Shown in pieces: positions 51,691 to 64,000 of a DNA stretch of 64,000 nucleotides. The stretch is from Eledone cirrhosa (Eukaryota). Each line of letters begins with the position of its first letter. The first letter of the stretch is position 1. The stretch lies in NCBI GenBank assembly GCA_964016885.1, contig OZ024742.1, positions 97,464,001-97,528,000 of the forward strand, given 5' to 3'. The notes below the pieces were generated by a model, which had not been told where the DNA came from, searched no databases, and saw only the letters and a program-made list of their open reading frames with translations. Both the position numbers and the translations under genes were made by a program.

Positions 51691-53872
51691 TTCTAACGAA
51701 AGCCACTGCCTACGATTTACAAATCATTATAAATATAATGGAAAATTTTGAGAGTTTTAGTTACAAAACTATTTATTTCGTTTTTCTTTTCTGGTATTTG
51801 AAATATAAATTGTAAATGTTCTTCCATAAAATTATGATTGATATAAATAAACAATTTAGTATTTTAGAACCCAGAGTGGTTTCAGGTGATATGGTATCAA
51901 AAGTGTTGTCTTTACTCTTTTGTTGGTTTTCAATATAGTTTCTGTTTACTAAAATTCATTCATGGGTTTTTGGTTCCCCTGAAGCTATAACACTTAGATA
52001 ATATGTCATCCAGTAGGATTGAAAATAGAGCCATGTATTTGCAAAGCAAACATCCTAACCACATAGACAGGATTGACATTTTAATGACATGTTTAATATT
52101 GTATGTTCAATACTACATGTTTAATACAGTCATGTTGTAGTAATGTTATGTTATTTATAAAAGATCAATTGTAATGTTATAATATATATGATGGTATCAA
52201 CAACATCATCATCCTTTTTGCCTCTGCTTTTTGGGGCTTGTGAGGGTTAGAGGGGTCTTTTCTAGCACAACTTCCTTCCACTTGTTGCATTCCAGTATTT
52301 TATATAAAGCAATGTAGTTAATGTTATGTTACATACAGCAATGTAATAGTTATGTTATATAATATGTAATACTGTAGTTGGTGGTATATTAGATATGGTA
52401 CAGTTACAATGGTGGTAGGTTTTATGTAGCAGTCTTGGAAACTCCTTATCATCATAATTATAATCATCCCTGTTTTGCACCCATGTTCTATGCTGGAAGG
52501 CTTAACATGTTCTGGATTAGAAGGCTTAACATGTTCTGAAAGTAAATAGCTCAGATGACATGTCTGGTTTATAGATTCTATTTTGGCATGATTTCTATGG
52601 TTGAACATGAACCCTTCACAGCATGTACTGGTTGCATTTGGTGATACCTACCAGCACTATCACTTTACATCATCCTACAATAATTGTTACATATGCATAT
52701 TTTTCTTCTGAATATTGAAAACATTATGAGTATATATCCTTGTGACAACTTCAAGTTATTGTGTTTAAATCTAATAAATATTTTCTTAAAACTTATGTGA
52801 GTTGTGTTAAAATGAATGGCTCAAATGTAAGTAAATATTAGAATTTTCAAACATGCACATGGTATGTTTAAATACTTCAAAAGTTAATAAAAACCTAAAG
52901 GTAGAAAACTTAAAAACATTCAACACAAAACCTGAAATAAATAATACTTAAAAAATTGTGTTACATTATTTGATACAAAGTACCAGTAATGCACTGAGTA
53001 ATTGCTGGCCTTGTGCCTAAAGTAGAAACAATTATTTGATACAACATTCTGAAAATGGAAAAATGCTGCACAGCTCAGTAATTGTTGCTTCAATATAAGT
53101 TAATGTTACATTTCTGCTTATTGCCTGCTGCTTAAATATAGTTTTGAATAACCATACCATATGCCTATGTGTCATAACTGTTAACTAAAGGAGTTGGCAC
53201 CCAAAAAAGCATCCATCCATAAAACACTGTCTCAAAAATGTTCTCATAACTTCTTTAGCATGAAAAATGGCTTTGTTGTTGTTTCTAATTATAGATAAGT
53301 TACAGCGTTTTACTAAAACACCACAAAGGGCACAAAATATCATATCGACCAGACTTTGCTTTAGGCTTTAAGTTACCAGCACTCACTAACAGATGCACAT
53401 AGAAAGTGGCAAATGATAGAGTCTGTAGAACAAATTAGTTAGTTATATTACTACTTTGGCTATATGTATGTCGACATTGTAAACAAATATGCAGAGATGA
53501 CATCACATATTAAAAGACAAATGACTTCTTTACATGCAAAACATATATATGTAATAGGCCATCGGTAATCCTAATACTTATTAGATACTACATATATTGT
53601 CAGTTATGCAGGAGTAGTGATTTTAAAGAATCAGTTCATCTGTTTGTTCCAGGCATAAAAAAACATTGCAAAGATATCTATGCTTATGGGATTTATTAGA
53701 CTAGATGGGCAATGATTGGGTTATTTTAGCTAACTATTTTCTTTCTGTTTAAACATAATTGCAAGTGATGTGGCAAACAGTATTTATGAAAAGCAACATG
53801 TGACTTATTTATATATCAAAGGCTGAAGCCAAAATATAATCACAAAGGAAGTGTGACATATCTAATACTATG

Positions 53873-53915
<43 letters not shown>

Positions 53916-54419
53916 CAGATGATGATATATATGAGTGTATGCAGTAAATCATGTCACAATTTCCAGATTATGGAAGAGAAAAAGTTGTAGAAGAAGTGCC
54001 AGTCAGTGTTTAAGTGTTAGTTGTTCAAAAATATAGCAAATGTGGAAGAAAAATGACAGTTCATTCACAGGTTATTGAGAACTTGAACAATATTCCATTA
54101 AATCAAAGAGGTATGATAAGAAGTTTATGACATTAACTTAATACACCTAAAACTACAACATGTCAATTCTTTAAAGATGGAGAAAATATTTAAATGCATT
54201 CCCATCTTCAATGAAGCATGTTCTTACTGTAGAAAATAAATATGGAAGATTACAGTTCTGCCTCTATTATGTACTGCTTGATGGCCACTTTCATAACATG
54301 ATGGATCATGTCCATATAGATGATAAATGGTTTTTATATCACAAAAAGTTCTTGCAATTAAGACTTTGGATTGGATAAACCAAAACCCTATAAAGTACAT
54401 AGATGTGAGAGATTTATGT

Positions 54420-55010
54420 CCCATTTTCCTTTCAGATCAATTTTGCTTCATCCTTTATGTACACTAACATTTCACACCCAGCAGAGCACGTTCACTTTCT
54501 TTCCAAACTTAACAAATCTTTTACATTCACGTCTCACTTCTTCCTATTCTTCACTTTGTACACAAGTATCATACAATCTGCTCTTCATTCTGAGAAATAT
54601 TTTGTTGCCAGCAGAAATGATAATACCCCGAATTTTTTCAACTGGTTCTTATTCTAGGTACTAAGTTTTCAGAATACCTGCCACCATGCTAATTATGTTA
54701 CCTAAATAACAAGAGGTGTCAAATAATTCTTGAGGCCCATATAAGAATTTGCATGAATCAATTTATCAAGTGCTCTTACTGCTTACGGGATACAAAATTT
54801 ACATCATTCTTTGGTCTGCCTTTTAAAACTCCTGTACATCCACAAGTTATATTGGGTATACAAGGAATCCATTTCTACTCCTTTCCAGCACACCGGACAT
54901 GGCCATATTTGTAATGTTATCAAACGCCTGTCTTCTTTCCTGCTTACTAGAACTTTGATCATTTGCTAAGTTTAATCTGAGGCTTTTCAATTTCTGGTTT
55001 TAAATTCATG
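54420..55010 (-). mobile_element. RTE-clade LINE fragment (decayed)
   Basis: Minus strand WPCPVCWKGV....NLW and LGNII..G...L.PRIRT..KK..LLATK...R.K.RLYD.CV parallels 49510-49900. Confidence 0.6.
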
Positions 55011-55688
55011 TCTAAAATTTCTTTTGTAACTCTACAGTGTATTAAAAAAATGAATAGCATCATCATCTTTCAGCTTTCCAAGCTAGAAAAATTGGAAGGG
55101 TTACCACAGTCTGAGATACAATGTTTTGGATACCATGCCTTGCTTATATGTTCTGTAGGTGGATGACCTTCCTAATGCCAAACACATTACAGTGTCTACT
55201 GGGTGCATTTTTCATGGAACCAGCACTAGCAGCTCACTGAGTATACTGAGTGCATTCTATAATGGTATTAGCAATAGAGAGGTTGTCATTTACTCAACAA
55301 GAGCAAAAAGTCCTATCTACTCATTGTTATCTCTGCTTGATTGTTTACCTTTATACAGAGTGTACTGAGTACATTTTATTGTATAATCTGTGCTGCAGAG
55401 GTTATTGTAATTCTCAGAAAGAGCCCTCTCTACAAAATATTGTCTGCATTCAGCCATCATGTCTCCATTTGATAATGATTTAAAATTGGAAATGATTCCT
55501 ATGAAATTATGCTGGTTATGAATAAAGAAAACTTTGTAAATGGATATAAGTTATCAAACACCATCAAATGTACCTGTGACACTATTTCTTATGCAGAAGG
55601 GAAAATGCCTAGATGTAAATTAAATTAATTAAATACTTCTCAAAATCGATGGTTCCAAACTCTGAATTAATATTTACAAATATACCAT

Positions 55689-56008
55689 GGAGGCACATGG
55701 CTTAGTGGTTAGAGCAAGATACTTTATTTCACATTGCTCCAGTTTATTCAGCTGTAGAAAAGAGATGATAGGACTGGGGTCCCTATCATTCCACTGTAAA
55801 GTGGTCGTGGAGGTGCCACATCAAAAAAGCTCCCAGCCCACACTGTAAAGTGGACGTGTAGGTGCCACGGAAAAAAAGCACCCAGCACTCACTGTAAAAT
55901 GAGGTTGGTGTTAGGAAGGGCATATAGCTGTAGAAATCAAGCCAGAATCAGTTCCCGTCCCACCCTTGCAAGCAGGAAAAAGTGGACATAAAATGATGAT
56001 GATGATGA
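55689..56008 (+). mobile_element. CORE-type SINE (family B) with B-box deletion and an extra tail unit
   Basis: Near-identical to 3432-3773, but GGTTAGAGCA is joined directly to AGATACTTTATTTC (GCA microhomology); ATACCA is present on both sides. Confidence 0.8.
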
Positions 56009-56502
56009 TACCAACTATTATGTGATAGAAATGCTTTTCTATAGAGTAGTGGGATATATAACAGTCTAGTTTCTGTTATAATATATAAGGCTGTGTGGTA
56101 GGGGTGGTATCTTGTAGATGGTAGTATAGGAGTTACAGTATATATAACAAGGTAGTTGATGATATATTATACATGGCAGTGTGTTGGTAGACACAGAGTT
56201 ACCTAATGTTCCTTTGAAAATAGAGGAAATTGATTTGAGTCACAGGGTCAGCTGAAAGTATCTGAAATGAGCATTTATTCAGAGTTACATCCCCAACCCT
56301 CTGCACTTCAAAATGGTAAGCTAGTTTTCAATCTGTGTTCAGAAAGAAAGAAGGATGGAGCATGAGGCTAGAAAACGTACCTCCATCAATCAAAATTGCT
56401 ACAGAAATGCTGAGCTTGGAAGCAGGCCTGTGAACATTTTGCAACCACTCAGAATGGAAACTTCTTATCTCCCAATACACCATAGAGAGCAAAATGAATT
56501 AA

Positions 56503-56608
56503 AGAAGAAGAAGAAGAAGAAGAAGAAGAAGAAGAAGAAGAAGAAGAAGAAGAAGAAGAAGAAGAAGAAGAAGAATAAGAAGAAGAAGAAGAAGAACAAG
56601 AAGAAGAA
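56503..56608. repeat. (GAA)n microsatellite
   Basis: Seen directly. Confidence 0.95.
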
Positions 56609-56689
56609 GGTAGCAACATTAAGTTATATATAACAGTGTAGTTCATGGCATATTATATATGGTAAAGTGGTTGTGTTATTATGTAATAT

Positions 56690-56930
56690 AATGCTTTGTT
56701 CCCCATATCCTTTGATATGTAATTTCAGTACATTTATAAGTTTTGGCAATCCATGTTTTTGGAACTCTGATGAGTTATTAGCCACATTTGGGGATTTTCT
56801 ATCTTCGAGCATGTACACTGCCTCTTTGACTTTCTCCTGAAGAATTGCAGCATCCCCAATTTTCTATTCTTGTTGGCAGAATTATCTAGAATTGTGGTGT
56901 TATGCCTGAGTTTGTAGTTATAAAGGGAAA
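56690..56930 (-). mobile_element. RTE-clade LINE fragment just upstream of the RT core
   Basis: LYNYKL...ILQEKVKEAVYMLEDRKSPNV.N..SE..KHG resembles 'EV..AI..LK.GKSPG.DNIPAE.LKHG'. Confidence 0.6.
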
Positions 56931-58590
56931 TGGCAGTGGAGAGGGAAGTCATTAGTCTTCTGGCCCTCAACACATCTGGCATGTTATTTCTAACTGGGTG
57001 TCCATCATGGCATTTTAGTGGGCCTTAGAAATACTTGGCAGTGCCCATCTCCTCTCTAAGCAGCCAGTCCTGATTTATGTTTAACTGACCAGCAGAAACA
57101 GTTACTGGGGTATGGCTGGAAAAGGGTTTGGAACCAAAAGTGAGAGTCAGTGTAGTTAATAGTATGCTATATATAACAGTGTGTTAGTAAAGTTGTGTTA
57201 CTATTTAACCCAGGTCAACCCTGATTCCCTAGAAATCTGATAAAAGGCATTTCATCCACAAATTTTATTTCTTTGTTGGGTATAGTATGTTTTACATTTT
57301 AGTTACTATATATCCAATGAAAGACACTGCTTATGAGTTTCAAATCATTGTGAAAATGATCATGAATTTAGTGAGATTTAATAATATATTATCAATCCAG
57401 TGTTGGGATATATAAGTTAACAAAGGTTCTTACAAAAAATCATGATGGTAGGTGTTTAGGTAAATATAAACACTTTAAAATAATCAGTTTTCTATCATAG
57501 AACCAAAAGTACTTTCATGCACTTTGCTATAAAAAGTTTTAAGACTATTTATTTCAATATCAAATGTCTTGTTACTTTTTTAAGAAAAGCATGTGTTTTG
57601 AGAGAGATTGGCAACTAATACTTACAGCTGACAATTTAGAGGTTCTCTCATTATTTTATTACTAGTTTAGTTGCTGTTGCTTAACCCAACTCAATACTTT
57701 TGTTACTGTTATAGTTGTTGTCATCGTTGCAACCTTTGTAGTTGTTCTGTCATCATTGTTGTTATTCTGGTTGTTGTTGTGGCAGTGGTACCTATTGCTC
57801 CACTTAGTATTGTTGTTATAAAGATATTACTATGGTCCTAACTACAGTTGTTGTCTTACTTTTGCGTCACTCTGTGTGAATTGCTATGAAACTAGTAGGT
57901 ATTCTTGCTCTGGTCGTGTATTTGCTGGTAATATAGTTGTTGCCGATGCTACAGAAGCAGAATTAGTTGTTGTTTTTGCTGTTGTATGAGATGTTATAAA
58001 GATATTACTATAGTGCTAGCTGCAGATCTTCTGTTGCCTTTGTTTTATTGCTCTCATTACAGTTATTGTTGTGATGCATGTATCTGTTGCTACAGCTACA
58101 GATTCAGTAGTAATACTTATTGTTTTTGTTGTAGTTGTTTTTGTTGTGGGGATGGTGGCAGTGACGATGATATTTGTTACTACACTTGGTACTGTTGTTG
58201 TTGTTACAGAATCAATAGTTGTAATTATTATTATTGTTGTTGTTGCTGTTACCGTTGTTAAGTGCAGTTTGCATATTGTAAAAGCAGCCATCTAAAGGAA
58301 GTTATGGCCTTTTCCTGTGTAATTTGCCACTTTATCTCCCATAAAGTGTCCATCACATATACCAGTTGCTTGGACAGAATCAAGATCTCAATGTCCATTC
58401 CTTAATAATCAAGCTGAATATTATCAATATCTCCTGTTTAGTGTCATGTCAATGATAATGAACACAGTGGGGGTAACTGTGTGGAAAAGAAGCAGAAGAG
58501 GGGTGGTGCATATAAATTATTTGCTATTACATCATGCATATTGCCCTCTCTCTATATATATAATATATATAATATATATATATATATATA

Positions 58591-58641
<51 letters not shown>

Positions 58642-58643
<2 letters not shown>

Positions 58644-59577
58644 CGAAGGAAATGTGGTAAGGAACCAGGTGGACCATAACGCACCAAAGTACTCAATACT
58701 TAGGGTAGTAGAGTGGGTAATAGGAACGAGTAGGACCCCGACGGCTGAGCTCAAGCCGTTTCGACGGCTAATTCTGGACTAAATGAACATTTTTATCCTG
58801 GTATTTGAATAGCCGAGCTTCTCAGGGGGTAATTTCATATATGGTAAAAGAGATTGTCACAAGGATTGGTCAAAAGTTTGTTGTTGAGACATAATAATTC
58901 TATCATGGCAATTTGTGGAGGGAAGGGGTAGCTGGACCTGCCAGTAGAAGAAAGAGGTAGAGGGGGTGGAGGAGACCCAGTAGTGCGTTGATAGTGCCGA
59001 CTACAGCTGTGCAGGAGGTTAAAGAAGATACTAGGGAGGGGGAGGGGAGGAAGTCGAAACAATAAGTAAAACAATATGGGGTAAATATATGGAAAAATAC
59101 GGAAAGTGTTAAAAAGCAATTAAATGTAAAAAAAAAAAAAATAAACAATTTCTGGTTACTACGACCTAAGGACAGCTATCAAGTCTCTCACTGGTACTGC
59201 TAGACTAAAGAAAGGTTTACTACGGTGGGACGGAATTATAATGAGACCCTTTTAAGAGGTATAAGTAATAAACCGTGTATATCTTACGGTGACGAGTCAA
59301 CAAGTGGGGAGCCAAAATACTAAAGAAGCTACCACGAAATAATAATTCAGAGTCCCGAGACCAGTACGGAATAAAGGTTTCTACCCCAGACACAAGGCCA
59401 GCAACCACCCAGTGCAAAAAAAAAAAAAACTAATACGAAATAATAATTCAAAATCCCGAAAAAGAATACTAGTGCAAACTACATAAATACTATTCAAATA
59501 CCAGGATAAGACGTTTCATTTAGTCCAGAATTAGCCGTCGAAACGGCTTGAGCTTAGCCGTCGAGGTCCTACTCGTT

Positions 59578-59581
<4 letters not shown>
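58642..59581 (-). mobile_element. Penelope-like element 3' region with pLTR, hammerhead and inverted 5' segment, in (TA)n
   Basis: Inverted repeat 58720-58812 / 59490-59582; terminal ~100 bp homologous to the direct repeats of the 61280-62010 element, which retains a PLE ORF start. Confidence 0.75.
58735..58830 (-). ncRNA. Type I hammerhead ribozyme with full stem III (one core substitution)
   Basis: Minus strand: ACCCC-CTGAGAA-G..CGGCTA[long loop]TAGCCG.C-GAAA-CGGCT-TGAGCTC-AGCCG-TC-GGGGT. GUC triplet; the core has A instead of G8. Confidence 0.7.
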
Positions 59582-59647
<66 letters not shown>

Positions 59648-59667
59648 ATATATATAATATATATATA

Positions 59668-60447
59668 TGGCAGTGAGACCCGGGCATTGTGTGCAGAGGA
59701 TATACGCAGACTGGAGAGGAACGAAGCTTGCATGCTCCGCTGGATGTGTAATAGTAATATACGTGAATGGCAAAGCATAAACGAACTAAGGGAGAAATTA
59801 GGAATAAAAGGGATCAAATGTTGTTTACTCAAGAGAAGACTACGTTGGTACGGTCACGTGATGCGCATGAAAGACGACAGCTGTATAAAAAAGTGCAGGG
59901 CGATAAAAATAGACGGTAGCCACAGAGTAGGCAGACCCAGAAAAACCTGGGACGACTTGATAAAATCCGACCTCATACACTTACACCTCTCCAAGACAAT
60001 GTCACTGGACCGAGATCTTTGGCGCTACACAGTAATACAGAAGACCCGCCTTGCCTAAGTACAAAGCGAAACCTACAGTCAGTAGGCACCTCTAACAAGA
60101 ATACACCCCTGTCCCACTACCTCCACCCCATCCACCCCACCCCCTTCAATGTGAAGTTATGTTGGTACCACAACATCAAGTCCGAAACAAATGAGGTTGT
60201 GTAGGTGTCACGACAAAAAAACACACAGTCCACGCTGTAATGTGGTCTTGTAGGTAACACGGTAAAAACTTCCCAGTCCACACTGTAAACGTGGTTGGTG
60301 TTAGGAAGGGATTCCAGCCGTAGAAAACCCGCCAGAAGTCCTATACGAGCAAGACAACCAATCTTGCCTCAAGTGGGGAAACTCCCGTCCAAACCCATGC
60401 AAGCGTGGAAGATGGACGTTAAACGATTATGATGATGATGATGATGA
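59668..60447 (+). mobile_element. 5'-truncated RTE-clade LINE 3' end (relatively young) in (TA)n
   Basis: Open frame LERNEACMLRWMC..ELREKLGI..RRLRWYGHVMRM..GRPRKTW..D.....DRDLWR; 3' UTR units; GGACGTTAAACG(ATG)n tail. Confidence 0.9.
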
Positions 60448-60469
60448 TATATATATATATATAATATAT

Positions 60470-60550
<81 letters not shown>

Positions 60551-60563
60551 TAAATATATATAT

Positions 60564-61146
60564 AATAACGGAGCAAAGGACTCGCGTATAATCCTGTAAT
60601 TAAATGAGCTCAAAGGAAAGAGTTTTCCTGGGCACCTTAAAATACAATATATAGAGGGGAAAGACACCGTTTGAGCTCATTTAATTACAGGATTATACGC
60701 GCGTCCTTTGCTCCGTTATTTTACTTGAAATTTGCTCCTTGCGCTCTCTCTGATGTTGAGCACCATAAATTGAATAGTATAGGCTGTCATCTCTAGCAGC
60801 TTGTTCTGTTCATGCCACTGGTTATTCCCTCGCGCACGTATTTGCCTTTTATCTACACGTGCTACAGGTAGTTTACTATAGTTCTTTCTCTCTCGTAGTG
60901 CGGAAAATATCGGTCTCTACTCATGCTGATGACCCACAGGGCCGAATTTGAACCCACTTAAATGGCGAAACAATCTCCTGGTGAGTTTGTACATGTGTGA
61001 TCTAGGTATGAGGTTGGTTTCTCATTTTAATTCATACTTTTAATTTTAATGTTTTTTCTATGCCTCTATTAGCTTATATTCTCTTCACACTGGTAATTTG
61101 AAATTCCAGTAAAGAAAAACACACTCTTCTGTGTTTTTTCCCTCTA
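60564..61146 (+). mobile_element. Unclassified (TA)n-inserted element with a 5' inverted repeat (probably PLE-related)
   Basis: 51-bp inverted repeat 60564-60614 / 60670-60720 with 1 mismatch; (TA)n on both sides; isolated CTGATGA..GAAA at ~60927-60970 without clear stems. Confidence 0.45.
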
Positions 61147-61221
61147 TATATTGTATTATATATATATAATGTATATAATATAAATATATATATAATATAT
61201 ATATATATAATATATATAATA

Positions 61222-61264
<43 letters not shown>

Positions 61265-61279
61265 TAAATATAATATATA

Positions 61280-62010
61280 TAATAGGAAAATGTTCAAGAC
61301 CCCGACGGCAAAGCTCGAGCCTTGACCGTCGGGGTCTTGAACATTTTCCTATTACCCACTCTACTACCCTAAGTATTGATTAGTCTGGTGCGTTATGGTC
61401 CACCTGGTTCCTTACCACACTTTCTTAGTTATCTAGTTCCTACCTCCGTAGTAGAGCACTTTCCGACACTACCACGCCATATCACGACTTTTCCACCCAG
61501 CTCTAGTTTTTTCATAATACCCACCATGCGAAAACACACTAGCGACTTCTCCACCAAGAACATACCAGTTCCACTGAGAAAACTTTACATACGAATGCTC
61601 ATGCAAAAAGATTGAGATGGAGAACAATTTTCTATGATAGATATCGTAACAACCAGGACTTCGACATCAAGGAGAGATTCGGATTCATTACCTACAAATC
61701 TCCCCCACCGAACCCCCTGGTCTCACCATTCGAGAACGACCTCTTCCCTCGGTAAAGGGTATAAAATTCAAATCAAAACAAAACCGATTCCTACAATAAC
61801 TCCGTAGCAAAATAACGGTGTATGAAAGCACCAACGACATCCTGGTGCATTCGGACAAAACTGAATTTAGTCCAGAAATAGCCGTCAAAACGGCTCGAGG
61901 TCTGCCGTCGGGGTCTTGAACATTTTCCTATTACCCACTCTACTACCCTAAGTATACAGTACTCTGATGCATTATGGTCCACTTGGTTCCTTACCACGCT
62001 TCCTTCGTAA
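61280..62010 (+). mobile_element. Internally deleted Penelope-like element: inverted hairpin + 5' pLTR + ORF start + 3' pLTR
   Basis: Hairpin 61280-61308/61326-61354; ~105-bp direct repeats starting 61326 and 61905; ORF remnant between them; (TA)n flanks. Confidence 0.75.
61526..61862 (+). pseudogene. N-terminus of a Penelope-like RT polyprotein (frameshifted, truncated)
   Basis: CCACCATG start; FSTKNIPVP..YIRML / KRLRWRTIFY..FGF.T.KSPP..L.SPFENDL / VKGIKFK..N.FL.*LR.KI....NDILVHSDKT resembles recalled PLE N-termini (S.KNIP.P, KRMRW, PFE.DL) up to the DKG/DKT motif. Confidence 0.65.
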
Positions 62011-62158
62011 AATATATAATATATATATATATATATATAATATATATATACTATATATATATATAATGTATATAATATAAATATAATATATATAATATAT
62101 AATATACATAATATACATAATATATTATAAATATATATATAATCGTTTGTATATGTAT

Positions 62159-62191
<33 letters not shown>

Positions 62192-62204
62192 TATATATAA
62201 TATA

Positions 62205-64000
62205 GTAATAATAATAATAATGATTTCTTTATTAACCACAAGGGTTTACATAAAGTAGACATTAAGGACAGTGCAGGACAATACAGGACGGTACAAATGG
62301 GCATTTCTGCGTGTAAAAAACAAAAACAGAGGATGTAACAAAAAAAAACAATGAAAAATTCCCCAATAGAGGAGGGGGGGGGGGAGACTTCGGATGGACA
62401 TTTGTGGAGAAAGCCCAGTAAAAGGCCACAGTGACCCTGACCACCAAGGCAAGTGCCCTCTCCCAGTTTTCCACCTTTAATTTACAGATACATACTCAGA
62501 GTAGGCCCATTCACTCGGGCTATTCTTGCTTCTCTCACCCATCTTTCAACAAAATACTGGGAAGAGAGCACTTCCCTCTCTACTCTGATTTTCCTTTTCA
62601 AATAAAATTTGAAAAAGTCAATCAGGGCATCACCGAAGAGGTAAGTGCTCGTCTTCAGCCCTTTCAAACGTGTCCACCATACTATCTCTTTCGCCATGGC
62701 CACCAGGCAGATAAAAACTGCCTGCCCTTCCCGGCTAAAGGAAGAGGGCGGGGCAATCCTCACGATGGACTCAGATGATAGCCGGATCCGTCCTACACGC
62801 GACAGCTGGTGTTCGACATAAACCCACAAGTCAGCAATTTTCGGACACTGGCCGTGCGTGCAGGACGGTTTCGTCGCCCTGCGCGCATCTCGGACATGCC
62901 CGGCTGATGGCAGCTCCATGTCTGTAGAGTTTATCCCGAACTGGCAAAGCTCCTCGGTAGCACTGCCAGGCCAGAGATTTCTGGAAGTTGTCCATAGGCC
63001 CCGGCCCGAAAGTTCTTCCGAAGAGATTGGCTAGTTGATTTTCGTCGACGCCTAGAGTTTCCCCAAGTACGTCGTCGCTCTTCCCCTCCACTAATCCTCT
63101 AGAGAACGCCGAGGTGGAGTTTCCACCGATCACATTGCCCGATTGGTCGAGGGCTGTGAGCGCCTGAAAACATTCCAGTCTCCAGGCGCTCCCTCTCGGA
63201 CTTCTCTTGACCCAGGACGGCAACTCCGTCAAGGAAACGAGCTAGGGGAAATACGTGTCTAGCAAACGGCGACCACACCTGATCACCGTCGAGGAAGAGG
63301 TGGAGATGTCGTAGCCTGAGCGCGTGTCTGCGCTTCATCAGCCACGGCATACCCAGCCCCCCATGTAGCGGGTGTTGACAACAGATGGACCGCCTGACCA
63401 TCGGAGCGCGTCCCTTCCCCAAAAAGCGAAAGAGCAAACGCTCCAGCGCAGTCAGGCGGGGCTTAGAGCAAGGTACGACAGTCAGGCGGTAGCAGATGAC
63501 AGACGCGATGTACGCGTTAGCCACCTCCGCTCGACGTTTCAGGGATAGCTTCCTCTCCGCCGATTTCTGGGTGAGAGAAGCCACCCTGCTCGACACCTCG
63601 TCCCAGTTTTTGTCCGTCTGGAGATCCGGACCGAACCAGAGCCCTAGCAATTTAACCGGTCCGTCCGTTCAGCGTCCGACGACGCTGTTGGACGGCATGG
63701 ACCTGCCTCTCCAGGTGCCGAGCTGCAGGCCCACTGACTTTTCCTGGTTGATCATTGCTCCTGTCACCGCTTCGTATTCTCTTAGTGTAGTGCCGATCGC
63801 CTCGATGTGTTTGGCGTTCGACACCACTACGGTGACATCGTCCGCATATGCTGACACGGATCTTCCGCATCCTAATTCGCGCGGGACCCCCCTCAACGTC
63901 TCCAGTTTGTGCAGTAATGCCTCGAGAGTCAATACGTACAAGAGGGACGAAAGGGGACATCCTTGGCGGACCGAGCGCATGATGTTGAACGGTTCCGAAA
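62205..64000 (-). mobile_element. Tx1/L1-clade LINE ORF2 (RT and zf-RVT), frameshifted, runs off the window; 3' tail (TTA)n
   Basis: SVRQGCPLS.LLYVL.LE.LL, AYADDVTV, GAMINQEKS, LG.WFG, GGLGMP, W.CYRGALPV.DKL..CPRC..DETVLHA; polyA signal AATAAAGAAATCA(TTA)n. Confidence 0.92.

Noticed and set aside
56246-56316. Candidate plus-strand exon GQLKVSEMSIYSELHPQPSALQN with a G|GTAAGC donor
   Set aside because: Poor acceptor, no recognisable homology and no other exon in the window; cannot be supported without RNA-seq
56355-56646. Poly-Lys and poly-Ser ORFs
   Set aside because: (GAA)n microsatellite
57660-58290. Val/Cys/Thr-rich ORFs
   Set aside because: (TTG)n-like low-complexity DNA with a short internal duplication

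Overview
AT-rich eukaryotic, apparently intergenic or intronic DNA with no convincing host gene. The repeat content ((TA)n tracts, tRNA-derived SINEs including a CORE-SINE, RTE/CR1/Tx1/R4 non-LTR fragments) resembles an octopus or other cephalopod genome; this is inferred from recalled repeat families, not from a search. A 23-kb G/T-rich 40-bp satellite (about 12.4-35.5 kb) dominates the window. It is a dimer of a 20-mer and shows kb-scale higher-order blocks. The most notable signal is a set of short elements inserted in (TA)n tracts. At least four sequence-unrelated families carry a type I hammerhead-ribozyme fold together with inverted arms: a 336-bp and a 1826-bp near-perfect palindrome, a ~320-nt retrozyme-like unit, and Penelope-like (PLE) copies. 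One PLE copy is internally deleted, keeps the ORF N-terminus, and its 5' repeat begins at the predicted ribozyme cleavage site. One of these elements carries a SINE fragment with clustered A-to-G changes suggestive of fossilised ADAR editing. All protein-family and clade assignments come from motif recognition by eye.
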